64,000 nt of DNA, from the NCBI GenBank assembly GCA_965242865.1, contig CBDETK010000013.1, forward strand, positions 480,001 to 544,000, in the 5' to 3' direction. Under the pieces are notes generated by a model. The model did not search any database, was not told where the DNA came from, and saw nothing but the letters and a program-made list of their open reading frames with translations. The position numbers and the translations under genes are program-made. Each line of letters opens with the position of its first letter. Within the stretch, counting starts at the first letter, position 1. Shown here in pieces: positions 37,134-47,144 of this stretch. The DNA comes from Candidatus Latescibacterota bacterium (lineage in GTDB: Bacteria > Latescibacterota > UBA2968 > UBA8231).

Positions 37134-37919
37134 ATGACGCCCGAACAAGCCCTAGCAAAACGCCAACAGTTATTACGCGACGGATTCTGCGTCGTCGATA
37201 CCGTGCTCTGCGACGAATTCTTACGGGAATTGCGCGACGAGACCGAGCGCATGATGGAGGACTGGGTGCCGCCGCCCGACTTCAAGTACCAAGGCCAGCA
37301 CGTCACCGCACGCGGCGAGGACAACCCGACTATCCAAAAATTGCTCGACTGGCCCCCCACGCGCCGTGCCCTCGACCAAATGGGCTTGGGCGACTTTGCC
37401 AGCACCGGCGGCATTATTCTGCTGACGAAAGACCCGGGCGAACCGGCCCTGTATTGGCACCAAGATTGGATGCAGTGGAACGATCCGCTGAGTTGTTCGC
37501 CGTGGCCGCAGATCATTTTTGTGTCCTACTACTTGAGCGACACCACGCCGGAAAACGGCTGTCTCAAGGTCATCCCCGGCACGCACCACAAGCGCATCGC
37601 GCTGCACGACGAAATGGTGCCGGCCCACGAGCAGGGGGCGCGGTTCATAGCCGAAGACCACCCGACCATGTTCAGCGATCACCCCGACCAAGTCGATGTC
37701 TGCGTCAAGGCCGGCGACTTGGTGCTGGCCGACGCCCGCGTGTTGCACTCGGCGTACCGCAACCAGACGGACGAGCGCCGCACGTTGGTATTGGCTTGGC
37801 ATCGCCGCCCCGAGACCGTGCCCGCGTATTGGACCGATCCCGTGCCAGCCATCATCGCCGCCCGCGATCCGAAGAAGGAATACCCGGGCTCGCGCATTCC
37901 GGGTGCGCTCTTGCAATAG
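37134..37919 (+). CDS. Phytanoyl-CoA dioxygenase (PhyH) family protein
   Basis: WHQD, GCLKVIPGTH, AGDLV..LHSA..N..R. Confidence 0.9.
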   Translation: MTPEQALAKRQQLLRDGFCVVDTVLCDEFLRELRDETERMMEDWVPPPDFKYQGQHVTARGEDNPTIQKLLDWPPTRRALDQMGLGDFASTGGIILLTKDPGEPALYWHQDWMQWNDPLSCSPWPQIIFVSYYLSDTTPENGCLKVIPGTHHKRIALHDEMVPAHEQGARFIAEDHPTMFSDHPDQVDVCVKAGDLVLADARVLHSAYRNQTDERRTLVLAWHRRPETVPAYWTDPVPAIIAARDPKKEYPGSRIPGALLQ

Positions 37920-37940
37920 CAAAATTTAGCATGGCCGCGG

Positions 37941-38738
37941 ATGAATCGATATTCTGTTGGATACGATGAGCGCACGGTCCGTTTCTTGGCGGACCGCACC
38001 GCTGAGACGCACGCTCAATTCCTGCTGGATTACCTTGCGCCCGGGATGGACCTGTTGGATGGGGGCTGTGGGCCTGGGAGCATAACCAAGGGACTGGCGG
38101 CGATTGTGACGCCGGGGCGCGTCGTAGGCGTGGACTGCGACCAGAGCCAAATTGCCCTAGCCCAGTCCCTCGCCGCTAGCTCCTCCGCGATTGAGTTCAG
38201 AACCGACGATCTTTGCAACCTGACTGCGGACGACGAGTCTTATGATGTCGTCTTTGTACACGGAGTCCTAGAGCACATCGCCGACCCAGCGAGAGCCATT
38301 CTTGAGATTCGCCGGGTGCTAAAATCGGGCGGACTGGTCGGCTCTAGACACGCCGACTTCGGCGGGTTCCTGCTCGAACCTGTGCCAGAGCCGCTCGGGC
38401 AGTTCGCCCCGTTATTCGTCGAGTTGATGAAACGCAACGGTGGAGACCCGTACTTTGGACGACGCCAGTTGGGGCTGTTCCGAGCGGCGGGATTCGAGAT
38501 GCTCAAGGTGTCCGCGTCGTACGACTGTTGGACGCAGGATGCGGACGCCACGCGGCGAAACGCGCACTTTCTCGCGGAATTGTGCGGGGGATCTGAGTTC
38601 TCGGAGCAGCTTGTGGAATACGGGCTGGCGGACCAACGAGTCTTGGCGCAGCTACAGTCCTCGTTCCGCAGGTGGGGGGAGCGGCCAGAGGCGTTTGCGG
38701 CCGAAGCGTGGGGGGAACTCGTCGCTAAGAAAGCGTGA
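37941..38738 (+). CDS. Class I SAM-dependent methyltransferase
   Basis: LDGGCGPG, YDVV, RVLKSGG. Confidence 0.9.
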   Translation: MNRYSVGYDERTVRFLADRTAETHAQFLLDYLAPGMDLLDGGCGPGSITKGLAAIVTPGRVVGVDCDQSQIALAQSLAASSSAIEFRTDDLCNLTADDESYDVVFVHGVLEHIADPARAILEIRRVLKSGGLVGSRHADFGGFLLEPVPEPLGQFAPLFVELMKRNGGDPYFGRRQLGLFRAAGFEMLKVSASYDCWTQDADATRRNAHFLAELCGGSEFSEQLVEYGLADQRVLAQLQSSFRRWGERPEAFAAEAWGELVAKKA

Positions 38739-38758
38739 GTTGGGTTTGAGAGGTGGAT

Positions 38759-39013
38759 ATGGAGCTTCTATTGGACATTGTCGGTGATGGCATTCCTGCT
38801 CTTTTCAGGCGAAACCTGCCCAAACCCATTCATCGCCTGCGGCTCGCAGCATGGACCGTCGCGATTGCTAGCGTATCACTATTCTTTTTGACGGATGTGC
38901 CATCGTTAGAAGCGCATAGACGGTTGCTCAAAGGCGCGGTCCTTGGCGGCTTGGTCCTCTTCGTCGCGATCTTGGTCGCCATCGTAGTCTGCAAAAAAAG
39001 AACTCAGACGTGA
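38759..39013 (+). CDS. Small two-TM hypothetical protein
   Basis: GAGAGG RBS; two hydrophobic segments. Confidence 0.5.
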   Translation: MELLLDIVGDGIPALFRRNLPKPIHRLRLAAWTVAIASVSLFFLTDVPSLEAHRRLLKGAVLGGLVLFVAILVAIVVCKKRTQT

Positions 39014-39016
39014 CCC

Positions 39017-39074
39017 AAAGGCGGGTTGTCCTGCGCGCTTTGCGATGCGCCAGCCCGAGGACAACCACGCCTTT
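39017..39074. terminator. Long hairpin between convergent genes, possible bidirectional terminator
   Basis: AAAGGCG-GGTTGTCCT ... AGGACAACC-A-CGCCTTTT. Confidence 0.55.
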
Positions 39075-39107
39075 TGATTGATTCAGCCGCGGCTAGCCGC
39101 GCTCGCC

Positions 39108-39698
39108 TTATTCTGCGTTGGCCTCGATCAGCACCTGAATTCTTACTTCATCCCCGAGCACGGCACTGAAGCGTTCCCAGCTATTGACCCCGTAATCCGA
39201 GCAGAGCACGGAAAAATTAGCTTCTAGGCCGATCTGCGCCTTGCCGTTGCGCGGATTGGTGCCGGTGCCGAGGATTTCGATCGGCAGGGTGACCTCTTTG
39301 GTGGTGCCGTGCATGGTCAGCTTGCCCTTCACGCTGAGGGTGTCTTCACTCGCGCTGGTCACTTCGGTCGATTCAAAGGTGATCGTCGGATAGTTTTCAG
39401 CGTCGAAAAAGTCGGCGTTTCGCAGGTGGCCGTCGCGGCGTTCGTTGCCCGTGTCAATGCTCTTGACCTGAATGGTGCCGGAGAAGGTCGAAGCGGCGGG
39501 CTTGGCCGCGTCGTAGCCGATGGTGCCGCTGAAGTCTCCGAAACGGCCCTTCGTGCGGCCGACGAGGTGGCGAATGCTGAAATCGACTGAGGAGTGCGAA
39601 GCATCGACCACATAGGTTTCTGCGAAAGTCGCCTCGGCGGTAAGAGCGACCGTCAGGGCGGCAACCCATGCAAAGCGAAGCGCGTTGGGACGAGTCAT
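39108..39698 (-). CDS. yceI: YceI-family periplasmic lipid/polyisoprenoid-binding protein
   Basis: DASHSSVDF, SIDTGNERRDGHLR..DFFD...YPTITF, LTMHGTTK. Confidence 0.92.
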   Translation of the reverse strand: MTRPNALRFAWVAALTVALTAEATFAETYVVDASHSSVDFSIRHLVGRTKGRFGDFSGTIGYDAAKPAASTFSGTIQVKSIDTGNERRDGHLRNADFFDAENYPTITFESTEVTSASEDTLSVKGKLTMHGTTKEVTLPIEILGTGTNPRNGKAQIGLEANFSVLCSDYGVNSWERFSAVLGDEVRIQVLIEANAE

Positions 39699-39880
39699 GG
39701 AATTCTCCTTGGCTATTGAGGTGAGAGTGAATCAGGCGTTTTGCCTCTGACAAATCTGGTGCAATAAGATGGGAACCTAGAGCGGTCGGGGCAAATTTTT
39801 GCGTTGCAGGATGGGTTTTCTTGACCGAGGCGACCCTATTGGGTTTATTTATACTACTTCAAAAAAGAAAGGAGACCGTC

Positions 39881-40111
39881 ATGCTGATCATTCGTGGAAA
39901 GACCGAGAGGGAAGCTCTTGAGGAGGTTCAGCGGCGCAGGAATACGCCGGAAGGGGCCGGGCTGATCTATAAAATCGTCGAATCGCGTTTTGGCACCGGG
40001 TTTGATATTGTGGCCATGGACCCAGATATGTACGTGGGTATGCTGACGGGCGAGTTGCCGACCATTCCCCAACTTAGAGGGAGCTCGCTGATGGGCAGGA
40101 TGACCCTCTGA
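39881..40111 (+). CDS. Small hypothetical protein
   Basis: AAGGAG RBS before ATG 39881; TGATG coupling to the next gene. Confidence 0.55.
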   Translation: MLIIRGKTEREALEEVQRRRNTPEGAGLIYKIVESRFGTGFDIVAMDPDMYVGMLTGELPTIPQLRGSSLMGRMTL

Positions 40112-40518
40112 TGGCTCCACGGTCTGACAAAGTCGACCGTCAGCGGCCAGAGGCGATTCCGACTGATGACAAACAATATAATCTTGCGGCCGACATAGTA
40201 GCCATACAGCGCGAACGGAATGAGCTTGCTGGTCGCTTCTTGGAAATTGGCCAACAAGAGAACCAACGCCATTACTCTTTTCTCTCCGAACAGCTAAAAG
40301 TACAAGACGAGCAGAACAAGAGATCGCACCGACTAGCGCGGCTGATCATTGGCGGCGTTGGGTTTGTGCTGTTGCTGCTACTGTACATGGTGTTTTTCGG
40401 GAGCGAGGCCCAAGTCGGCAAGGCCGAGAAAATACTGACCGAGGGGGCCAAAGCACTCGGCGGTGCTGGTTTTATATTTCTCGTATGGGGTGGCCTCAAA
40501 CGCCTCACTAATCGCTAA
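40111..40518 (+). CDS. Hypothetical coiled-coil + two-TM membrane protein
   Basis: Helical N-terminus and two hydrophobic C-terminal segments. Confidence 0.6.
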   Translation: MAPRSDKVDRQRPEAIPTDDKQYNLAADIVAIQRERNELAGRFLEIGQQENQRHYSFLSEQLKVQDEQNKRSHRLARLIIGGVGFVLLLLLYMVFFGSEAQVGKAEKILTEGAKALGGAGFIFLVWGGLKRLTNR

Positions 40519-40641
40519 TTCTCCGTCTATTATACTCCCTCATTGGCGTCCGATCCTATCGCAGGAGTGGCCGTTGATGGGGGTTATTTTTATCGACTAC
40601 GCGCTGTTCGGTGAGCCGGTGCTGCGAGCAAAGGGCGCAAA

Positions 40642-41487
40642 GTGAAGCTGGGGATTTTCCACAAGGTTTTTGCGCGGCCCACGCTGGAGGAAAGCCTCGA
40701 CCGAGTGCAGGCCGCTGGCTTGGAGGCCGTGCAGCTCGATTTGACGGTCGCAGGGATCGATCCGGCGGTGCTGACCGACGCCGATTGCGAGCACATTCGC
40801 GCCGCGCATGCAACGCGGGGTATTGAGATCGCCGCGCTGTCGGGGACCTTCAATATCATTGACCCTGACTTGGAAAAACGCCGCGCCGGGATGCGCTGGC
40901 TCGCTGCGCTGGCCGCTGTAAGCGGCAAGTTAGGTGCCGAATTGATCACTTTCTGCACGGGCACGCGCAATCCCGACTCTATGTGGGGAGGCCATCCCGA
41001 CAACAACACGCCGGCCGCTTGGGCCGAGATGGTCGCGGCCATGGAGGAAGCCGTGGCGGTCGCCGAGGCGCGGGGCGCGACCCTCGCGTTTGAGCCGGAG
41101 GTCAACAATGTGGTGGATTCGGCGCAAAAGGCGCGGCGCTTGCTCGACGCGGTGCAATCCAAGCATTTGCAGGTGGTTATCGACGGTGCCAACCTGTTCC
41201 ACGCCGGCGAGTTGCCGCGGATGCGTGCGGTCTTAGACGAGGCGTTCGACTGGCTCGGGGATTCGATTCGGCTGGCCCACGCCAAAGACTTGGACCGGGA
41301 TGGCGACGCCGGGCACCAAGCCGCGGGCACGGGTCGGCTCAACTACGATCACTACTTGGCGCTCCTGCGGCAGATAGGCTTTGACGGATCGTTGATATTG
41401 CACAGCCTCAAAGAGGAGCAAGTGGCGGCGTCCGCGGCTTTTGTGCGTGCGCGGATGAAACTTGAGAAAGGAACGAAAAATGTCTGA
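40642..41487 (+). CDS. Sugar phosphate isomerase/epimerase (xylose-isomerase-like TIM barrel)
   Basis: LAFEPE, DGANL, AHAKD, G.G.LNY. Confidence 0.88.
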   Translation: MKLGIFHKVFARPTLEESLDRVQAAGLEAVQLDLTVAGIDPAVLTDADCEHIRAAHATRGIEIAALSGTFNIIDPDLEKRRAGMRWLAALAAVSGKLGAELITFCTGTRNPDSMWGGHPDNNTPAAWAEMVAAMEEAVAVAEARGATLAFEPEVNNVVDSAQKARRLLDAVQSKHLQVVIDGANLFHAGELPRMRAVLDEAFDWLGDSIRLAHAKDLDRDGDAGHQAAGTGRLNYDHYLALLRQIGFDGSLILHSLKEEQVAASAAFVRARMKLEKGTKNV

Positions 41488-42508
41488 AGGCAAATTGCGC
41501 GCGGCCGTTATTGGCGCGGGCGTGGGTGGGGGCCATGGATACGCTTATGCCCGCGCCCCAGCATACGAGCTCGTGGCGGTCTGCGACATAAACCCGGAGG
41601 TGTTCGGCCGCTTTTACGAGCGGGCTGAAATCGAGCCGGGGTCGATCGCCGAATACGCAGATTACCGCGCCATGTTGGAGCGGGAATCGCTCGACGTGGT
41701 GAGCGTGGCCACCCCGGACCACCTCCACGCCGACCCGGTGTGCCACGTGCTGGCCGCGGGGGTGCGCGGCATTTTCTGCGAGAAGCCGCTGGCGACCACG
41801 GTGGAGGACGCCGATCGCATCATCGACGCGCTCGGCCGCCAAAACGCGGTGTTGTCGGTTGATCACACGCGCAGTTGGCTGCCTTCCTATCAGGCCGTGC
41901 GCGCGGCCATCCGCAGCGGCGAGATCGGCCACCTGACGAGAATTGTGGCGCATCTGGGAGGCCGGCGCGCCATGCTCTTTCGCAATGGGACGCACTTGGT
42001 GGATGCGGTGTGCTTTTTTGCGGACGCCGAGCCGGTGTGGGTGATCGCCGCACACGAGCGCGGGTTTGAAAAGTATGGCCCGGTGTACGACGGGCGGGGC
42101 GGCAAGGACCCGCAATTCGATCCCGGCTCGACGATCATCGTGGAGTTTGCCAATGGGGTGCGCGGGCTGATCAATTGCGCCAAGCGGACGCCGCAGCTAT
42201 TCGAGCTGGACCTACAGGGCATGGCCGGCCGCTTCTGGGTGACCGATCGGCAATGCACGGCTTGGAAGACGGCTACGGCAGAGGGGACGCCCGAGCCGGT
42301 GGCACCGCCGGCGGGCCGCGGGTATGCCAGTCCGTTTGGCGCGAACTTGATTCCGGCCGTCCAGGAGCTCGCGCTGGCGATGCGGGGCGACGCCGTCAGC
42401 TCGTCGCCAGCGGTGCGCGGCCGGCACGTGCTGGAGATCATGGTCGCGGCGCTGCGGTCGCAGGCCGAGGGCAGTGCAAAGGTGGAACTGCCGCTGCCGA
42501 GGCGGTGA
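41480..42508 (+). CDS. Gfo/Idh/MocA oxidoreductase
   Basis: VIGAG, VATPDHLH, CEKP, GTHLVD. Confidence 0.9.
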   Translation: MSEGKLRAAVIGAGVGGGHGYAYARAPAYELVAVCDINPEVFGRFYERAEIEPGSIAEYADYRAMLERESLDVVSVATPDHLHADPVCHVLAAGVRGIFCEKPLATTVEDADRIIDALGRQNAVLSVDHTRSWLPSYQAVRAAIRSGEIGHLTRIVAHLGGRRAMLFRNGTHLVDAVCFFADAEPVWVIAAHERGFEKYGPVYDGRGGKDPQFDPGSTIIVEFANGVRGLINCAKRTPQLFELDLQGMAGRFWVTDRQCTAWKTATAEGTPEPVAPPAGRGYASPFGANLIPAVQELALAMRGDAVSSSPAVRGRHVLEIMVAALRSQAEGSAKVELPLPRR

Positions 42509-42521
42509 CTAGGGCTGCGCG

Positions 42522-43517
42522 TTACCCAGCCTGTCGGCGCATCAGCGCCAAAAACCGCTGGGCGTTCCCGGCAAAGTGGTCTTCAATCTCCGCGGGCGTT
42601 AGTTGGAGCATCTCGGCCACTTGGCGCTCTTGGCGCAGTTGTTCGTAGATGACGAGCGTGACCCGCGAATCGCAGTGCGGGGTGCCAGCCTCGTCGCCCG
42701 GATAGAACAGCCAAGCGCGGCCGTAGGTGATGTACTTGCCGCGCGCACAGCCAGCGACCACGTTGTCCGACCCGAACATTACCCGCTTGCGGTCTTCGTG
42801 TTTCATCAGCACATAGTGCGCGTACAGGTCGTTCACCGCCGAGGTGTCGTACCATATATTGGGCAGGTCGCACAGGAAGTGGATGGCCTCTTCCATCATA
42901 AAGGAATTGAATGAGCGGGCGCAGTGGGCCAAAATCCACTGCGCGTTGGGGTATGCGCGGGTGTAGTGGGCTAAGTCGCGCTGGTTGTCCGGGTCGGCGG
43001 GGCCCGTGGGTTTGGCGAGGTGCATGGTGATGGCCAGCCTCTTGTGGTGAGCGACTTCGATGAGGGATTCCGGGAGGAAATCGCAGATGCGGGCGTCGAC
43101 CGGGTCAGGGGCAAAGGTGCGGTAGGGTTTGAATCCTAAGAAGCCGTGCTCCTCGACTTGGGCCGCCACGTATTCGGGCGTCATGTCTGGAGTGACCATC
43201 ATGTTGACCGCGGATTCGGGGTCGGCCGCCAGTTGGGCGGCCAGCCAAGCGTTGTGCCCGGCCGCGTCCATGCCCGGCATGGGGGTGCCCAAGGCCAGCA
43301 GATGGAAGGCCCGGCCCGGGTAGAGTTGGGCCGCCCAGCTGAGGTGGGCGCGGTAGTCGATCTCCATGCGGAGGCCGGTCGGCTCGCCCGTCAAGGAGCC
43401 GCGGTGATCCTCAGACCACAGGTGCGTGTGCATGTCGTACACTGTGGCGGGGACGAAGTCTTCGAGTTCTTGCTCCCAAAGCTGGCGGTCGAAGTCTCGA
43501 TAGCTAAAAGCGATCAT
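42522..43517 (-). CDS. Amidohydrolase-2 family protein
   Basis: DMHTH, GFKPY, ILAHCA, YDTS, MFGSD; start trimmed to ATG 43517. Confidence 0.85.
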   Translation of the reverse strand: MIAFSYRDFDRQLWEQELEDFVPATVYDMHTHLWSEDHRGSLTGEPTGLRMEIDYRAHLSWAAQLYPGRAFHLLALGTPMPGMDAAGHNAWLAAQLAADPESAVNMMVTPDMTPEYVAAQVEEHGFLGFKPYRTFAPDPVDARICDFLPESLIEVAHHKRLAITMHLAKPTGPADPDNQRDLAHYTRAYPNAQWILAHCARSFNSFMMEEAIHFLCDLPNIWYDTSAVNDLYAHYVLMKHEDRKRVMFGSDNVVAGCARGKYITYGRAWLFYPGDEAGTPHCDSRVTLVIYEQLRQERQVAEMLQLTPAEIEDHFAGNAQRFLALMRRQAG

Positions 43518-43549
43518 GGCGTGGTGCTCCCAAGCGGTGCGTTTGCCGG

Positions 43550-44332
43550 CTAAAGGGCGATCATTTCGCCCGACCAGTCGCGCCACATATCCTTTTGCGG
43601 CGGCTCCTGTTGGGTTTGTTCGATATCCTGCTTGCGAAAATCGTAGAGCACGGCTTGGCGCAGTTGGCGCGATGTGTTGGGGCTCGCCATGTGGCCGAGG
43701 CGGTGGTGCCAGAAGACGATATCGCCAGCCCGGCCGTGGGTATCGACGGGAGTGCGCTGGTTGAACTCGGCGCGCACTTTTTCGTAGGCGGCTTCGTCTT
43801 GGTCGCGGAGGTATTGCGAGGTGAAGGTCGGGTAGAAGGCGCGGTGGCTTTCGGGCCAGACCATGAAGCTGCCGCCGTTGGGCGGCACGTCGTCGATGTA
43901 GCCGACCACGCCGAGGTGGAAGGGATGGCCGTCGGTGTGGCAGCCGAGGGCTTGGGGGGGATGATCGCCGTAGGGCAGCGTGCAGTAGATGCCGCGGATG
44001 CGCTCGGGCTGGACGAGCTGGCCCTTGCCGAGCATTTGCTCGGCCATGGCCCACACTTTGGGCTCGGTAGCCAACAGGCGCACCATCCACTCCTCGCCGC
44101 CCGGCTCGCGGAAGTTCCAGCGAAAGCCGCGGCGGTGGTTGGCGCTGTCGAGGTTTTCTTCGTCTTGACGGAACGGGCCGACCCAAGTGGCGGGATCGTC
44201 GCGGCGGCGGCCCGGGGGTGCGCCGTCCCACAGCCGAGCGCGGGCGCGTTCCATGAGCGCAGGGTCGAGCACCCCTCGCTTGATGAGGTAGCCGTCGCGC
44301 TTGAAGAAGCGCATTTCGTCGGTCGTCAGCAT
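43550..44332 (-). CDS. PhyH-family dioxygenase
   Basis: FKRDGYL, CHTD, GGSFMVWPESH, AGDIVFWH..GH. Confidence 0.85.
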   Translation of the reverse strand: MLTTDEMRFFKRDGYLIKRGVLDPALMERARARLWDGAPPGRRRDDPATWVGPFRQDEENLDSANHRRGFRWNFREPGGEEWMVRLLATEPKVWAMAEQMLGKGQLVQPERIRGIYCTLPYGDHPPQALGCHTDGHPFHLGVVGYIDDVPPNGGSFMVWPESHRAFYPTFTSQYLRDQDEAAYEKVRAEFNQRTPVDTHGRAGDIVFWHHRLGHMASPNTSRQLRQAVLYDFRKQDIEQTQQEPPQKDMWRDWSGEMIAL

Positions 44333-44465
44333 GTTTTTATCCGTTAGAATGGACTGAGAAGGATAGGCAAAGAGCGTGCGCTTGGAAAGAGCAAAGCCGC
44401 GATGTGGCTGTAATGTACTGTTTATTTGGCGTCGGGGCAGCGGCAATCAGGCCGGGCGCGACCGC

Positions 44466-44494
44466 TTGACAGGTATCAGGTGAAAAAGTAGTAT
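44466..44494 (+). promoter_or_regulatory. Sigma-70-type promoter
   Basis: TTGACA-17 bp-TAGTAT. Confidence 0.65.
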
Positions 44495-44582
44495 AGCGGG
44501 TGCTTGTTTAACAAGCCGATAGCTAACGCGTAACCACTGTAAAAATAGGAAATTAGGAAATCATTCGCCTAGAGGGCAGAAC

Positions 44583-45695
44583 ATGGACAAGCATTTTTAC
44601 GAGCGGCTAAAAATTGAAAATTTCCGCGGCATCAAGTCGCTGGAAATCGACGACCTCGCACGGGTCAATCTGTTTGTCGGCAGGAATAATTGCGGCAAGA
44701 CCTCGGTGCTGGAAGCGGCATTTTTGCTGACTGGAATGTCAAATCCTACCTTGATTCTTAGGATAGAAAATTGGAGAGGACTGGCCCTCAACGAGAGTTC
44801 CGATCTGAAGAATTTCTTTTACGATCAAAAACACAATGAAGGGTTTATATTATCTGGGAGACAAAGAACAGAAGGCAGAGAACTCAATGTTCGCCCAGTA
44901 TATGGAGATTTTGATATTGAACAGGTAGCTTCTGCTCCGTCTAATGGTGGGGACATCATTAGAGAGGAAAACCCTACAAAATTCGCTGTTTTTAGCACTG
45001 CAATTGAGCAATCATTGACTGGGTTAAAGTCTAAGTTCGTTCTTTGGAGTCATGTCGATAAAAAAAACCGAAAAGGCCGTCAATATGAAGCTACAATACG
45101 CTTGGTAAAATCAGAGAATGCACAGTTTCAGATCGAAGTAGACAAAAAGTATGAAGAGCCTACATTAGCTCTATTTTTGCATGGTTTATACGATCCAAAT
45201 TCGGTTGACAGAATGCTTAATGAAAAGCGCAGGGACGACATCTTGAAATGGCTTCAATCCATAGAGCCGAAGGTGCAGGATATAAGGACCAGTACGAACG
45301 GTGTTGTGATGGTCGATATTGGAATGGACAACTTCCTGCCGATCAATCACCTTGGCGACGGAATAGTGCGTATTCTGAATATACTATCCTATATATATAG
45401 CGCCAGGAACGGGATTTTGATGATCGACGAAATTGAAAACGGCCTTCATGTTTCGTCGATAAAATATATGTGGGAGATGGTGCTGGAGTCTTCCAAGCAA
45501 AATAATACACAGATTTTCATGACAACCCACAGCAGCGACGTCATAAAGGGCTTGAGTCTGGCACTGAAGGACAAATCGGATTCCGTCGCCTGCTTCTGGC
45601 TGAGTAAGTTCGACGACGACCGAATCAAAGCCTACAGATATTCGCCGGATCGGCTGGAGAAAGCCTTAGATGCAGACATCGATATCCGCCAGTAA
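44583..45695 (+). CDS. ABC-type ATPase (AAA_15/AAA_21 family)
   Basis: IENFRGI, GRNNCGKT, LGDG signature, IDEIENGLH, TTHS; AT-rich. Confidence 0.9.
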   Translation: MDKHFYERLKIENFRGIKSLEIDDLARVNLFVGRNNCGKTSVLEAAFLLTGMSNPTLILRIENWRGLALNESSDLKNFFYDQKHNEGFILSGRQRTEGRELNVRPVYGDFDIEQVASAPSNGGDIIREENPTKFAVFSTAIEQSLTGLKSKFVLWSHVDKKNRKGRQYEATIRLVKSENAQFQIEVDKKYEEPTLALFLHGLYDPNSVDRMLNEKRRDDILKWLQSIEPKVQDIRTSTNGVVMVDIGMDNFLPINHLGDGIVRILNILSYIYSARNGILMIDEIENGLHVSSIKYMWEMVLESSKQNNTQIFMTTHSSDVIKGLSLALKDKSDSVACFWLSKFDDDRIKAYRYSPDRLEKALDADIDIRQ

Positions 45696-45696
45696 G

Positions 45697-46236
45697 ATGA
45701 CTGACAAAACCTTGATCGTTGTCGAGGGAAATGAAGATGAGAACTTTCTGAAGTCCTACATTAAGACTTTGGGCTATCCCGATGAAAGTTTTAGATTCTT
45801 GTCGATAAAAGGAAAGGATAAGCTCGAGGCCAGCGAATCCATAATTGAAGATGCCTTGAACAGAGGATCGAAAGTTTTAATTATCTTTGACGCGGACTTG
45901 GATTATCAAAAGAGCAGATCCAATATCGAGAATACTCTCAAAGGATTGGGCGTTAGTATCTTTCTTTTTCCCGACGACAATAGCAGTGGAACCCTCGAAA
46001 ATTTGCTAGAAAAAATAATAAACTCAGAACACGAAAGAATTTTTGCGTGTTTTGAGGAGTACAAGCAGTGCATAAGCAAGTGCCTGAGCGAATATGAGCT
46101 TCCCGGCATGAAAGCAAAGATATACGCGTACAAGCAAGCACTTGGCATTCTCAAAGACCCTTTCGACCCTCGTTACTGGGACTTTGAAAATACCGCACTG
46201 GCGCCGCTGAAGAGTTTTCTGGAGCGGAACTTGTAG
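45697..46236 (+). CDS. DUF3226-like TOPRIM-fold protein
   Basis: VVEGNED, IFDAD, FLFPD...GTLENLL, KAKIYAY. Confidence 0.75.
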   Translation: MTDKTLIVVEGNEDENFLKSYIKTLGYPDESFRFLSIKGKDKLEASESIIEDALNRGSKVLIIFDADLDYQKSRSNIENTLKGLGVSIFLFPDDNSSGTLENLLEKIINSEHERIFACFEEYKQCISKCLSEYELPGMKAKIYAYKQALGILKDPFDPRYWDFENTALAPLKSFLERNL

Positions 46237-46345
46237 AACGAGTTCGTCGCGTCTGGAGCACACCAACTTCCATACAGCCGGCGGCGGCTCGCACCCTATC
46301 GCTCAAAGCACTCGATCTTCTCCACCCCAATAGGAGCCATTAAAC

Positions 46346-47101
46346 ATGACTGAAGTAGAGCAATATCTGTTTGACCTCCAAGGCTATCTGATCGTCGAGG
46401 ACGTGTTGAAGGCGGAAGCGGTCGCCGAGTTGAACCGGCTGATTGACGCCCAAGCACTGGACGCGGATGTCGAGCAGGCGCGAGGGCGGCTGCACAGCGG
46501 TGGGTTTTTGACATGGGGGCAACCCTTTGTCGATTTGTTGGACCACGAGCGCGTTATGCCGCTGCTCAAAGTGATGCTCGGCGATGGCTTCCGCCTCGAC
46601 CACTACTATGCGATTTATCTGGAGGCCGGGGCCGAGCGGCTCGGGCTACACGGCGGCAACACCCCCTACGATCCGCCGGAATACTACCACTTCCGCAATG
46701 GACAGATGTACAATGGGCTGACGGTCATCGCTTGGAACTTGGCCGACACCGGGCCGACGCAGGGCGGCTTTTGCTGCATTCCGGGCAGCCACAAGGTCAA
46801 TTATCCCTGTCCGCAGGAAATCCGTGAGGCCCATGTTGAAGCTGGGTGCGTAGTGGTGCCGGAAGCCAAGGCTGGGTCGGTGGTGATTTTTACCGAGGCA
46901 CTCACGCACGGCACCGCGCCGTGGCGAGCTGCACACCAACGGCGCTCGCTGCTGTTCAAATACAGCCCCGGGCAGCAGTCGTGGTCCAAAAACCACATTG
47001 AGCCGCCCGACGGCGTCGCCTTGACCGAGCGGCAGGCCCTGCTTTTTGAGCCGCCGTATTTCCACGCCCGGGCCTCGCTTTTTGCCGAGGAGCAAGCCTA
47101 G
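46346..47101 (+). CDS. PhyH-family dioxygenase-like protein
   Basis: FDLQGYL, LHGG, GGFCCIPGSHK, TEALTHG, RRSLLFKY. Confidence 0.85.
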   Translation: MTEVEQYLFDLQGYLIVEDVLKAEAVAELNRLIDAQALDADVEQARGRLHSGGFLTWGQPFVDLLDHERVMPLLKVMLGDGFRLDHYYAIYLEAGAERLGLHGGNTPYDPPEYYHFRNGQMYNGLTVIAWNLADTGPTQGGFCCIPGSHKVNYPCPQEIREAHVEAGCVVVPEAKAGSVVIFTEALTHGTAPWRAAHQRRSLLFKYSPGQQSWSKNHIEPPDGVALTERQALLFEPPYFHARASLFAEEQA

Positions 47102-47144
47102 ATATGGAAGCGCTGTTTCGAGCTTTTATCCAAGGGAAGTCGCT

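Noticed and set aside
43518-44231. N-terminal extension of the amidohydrolase ORF
   Set aside because: Overlaps the PhyH gene in another frame and is low-complexity; start placed at 43517.
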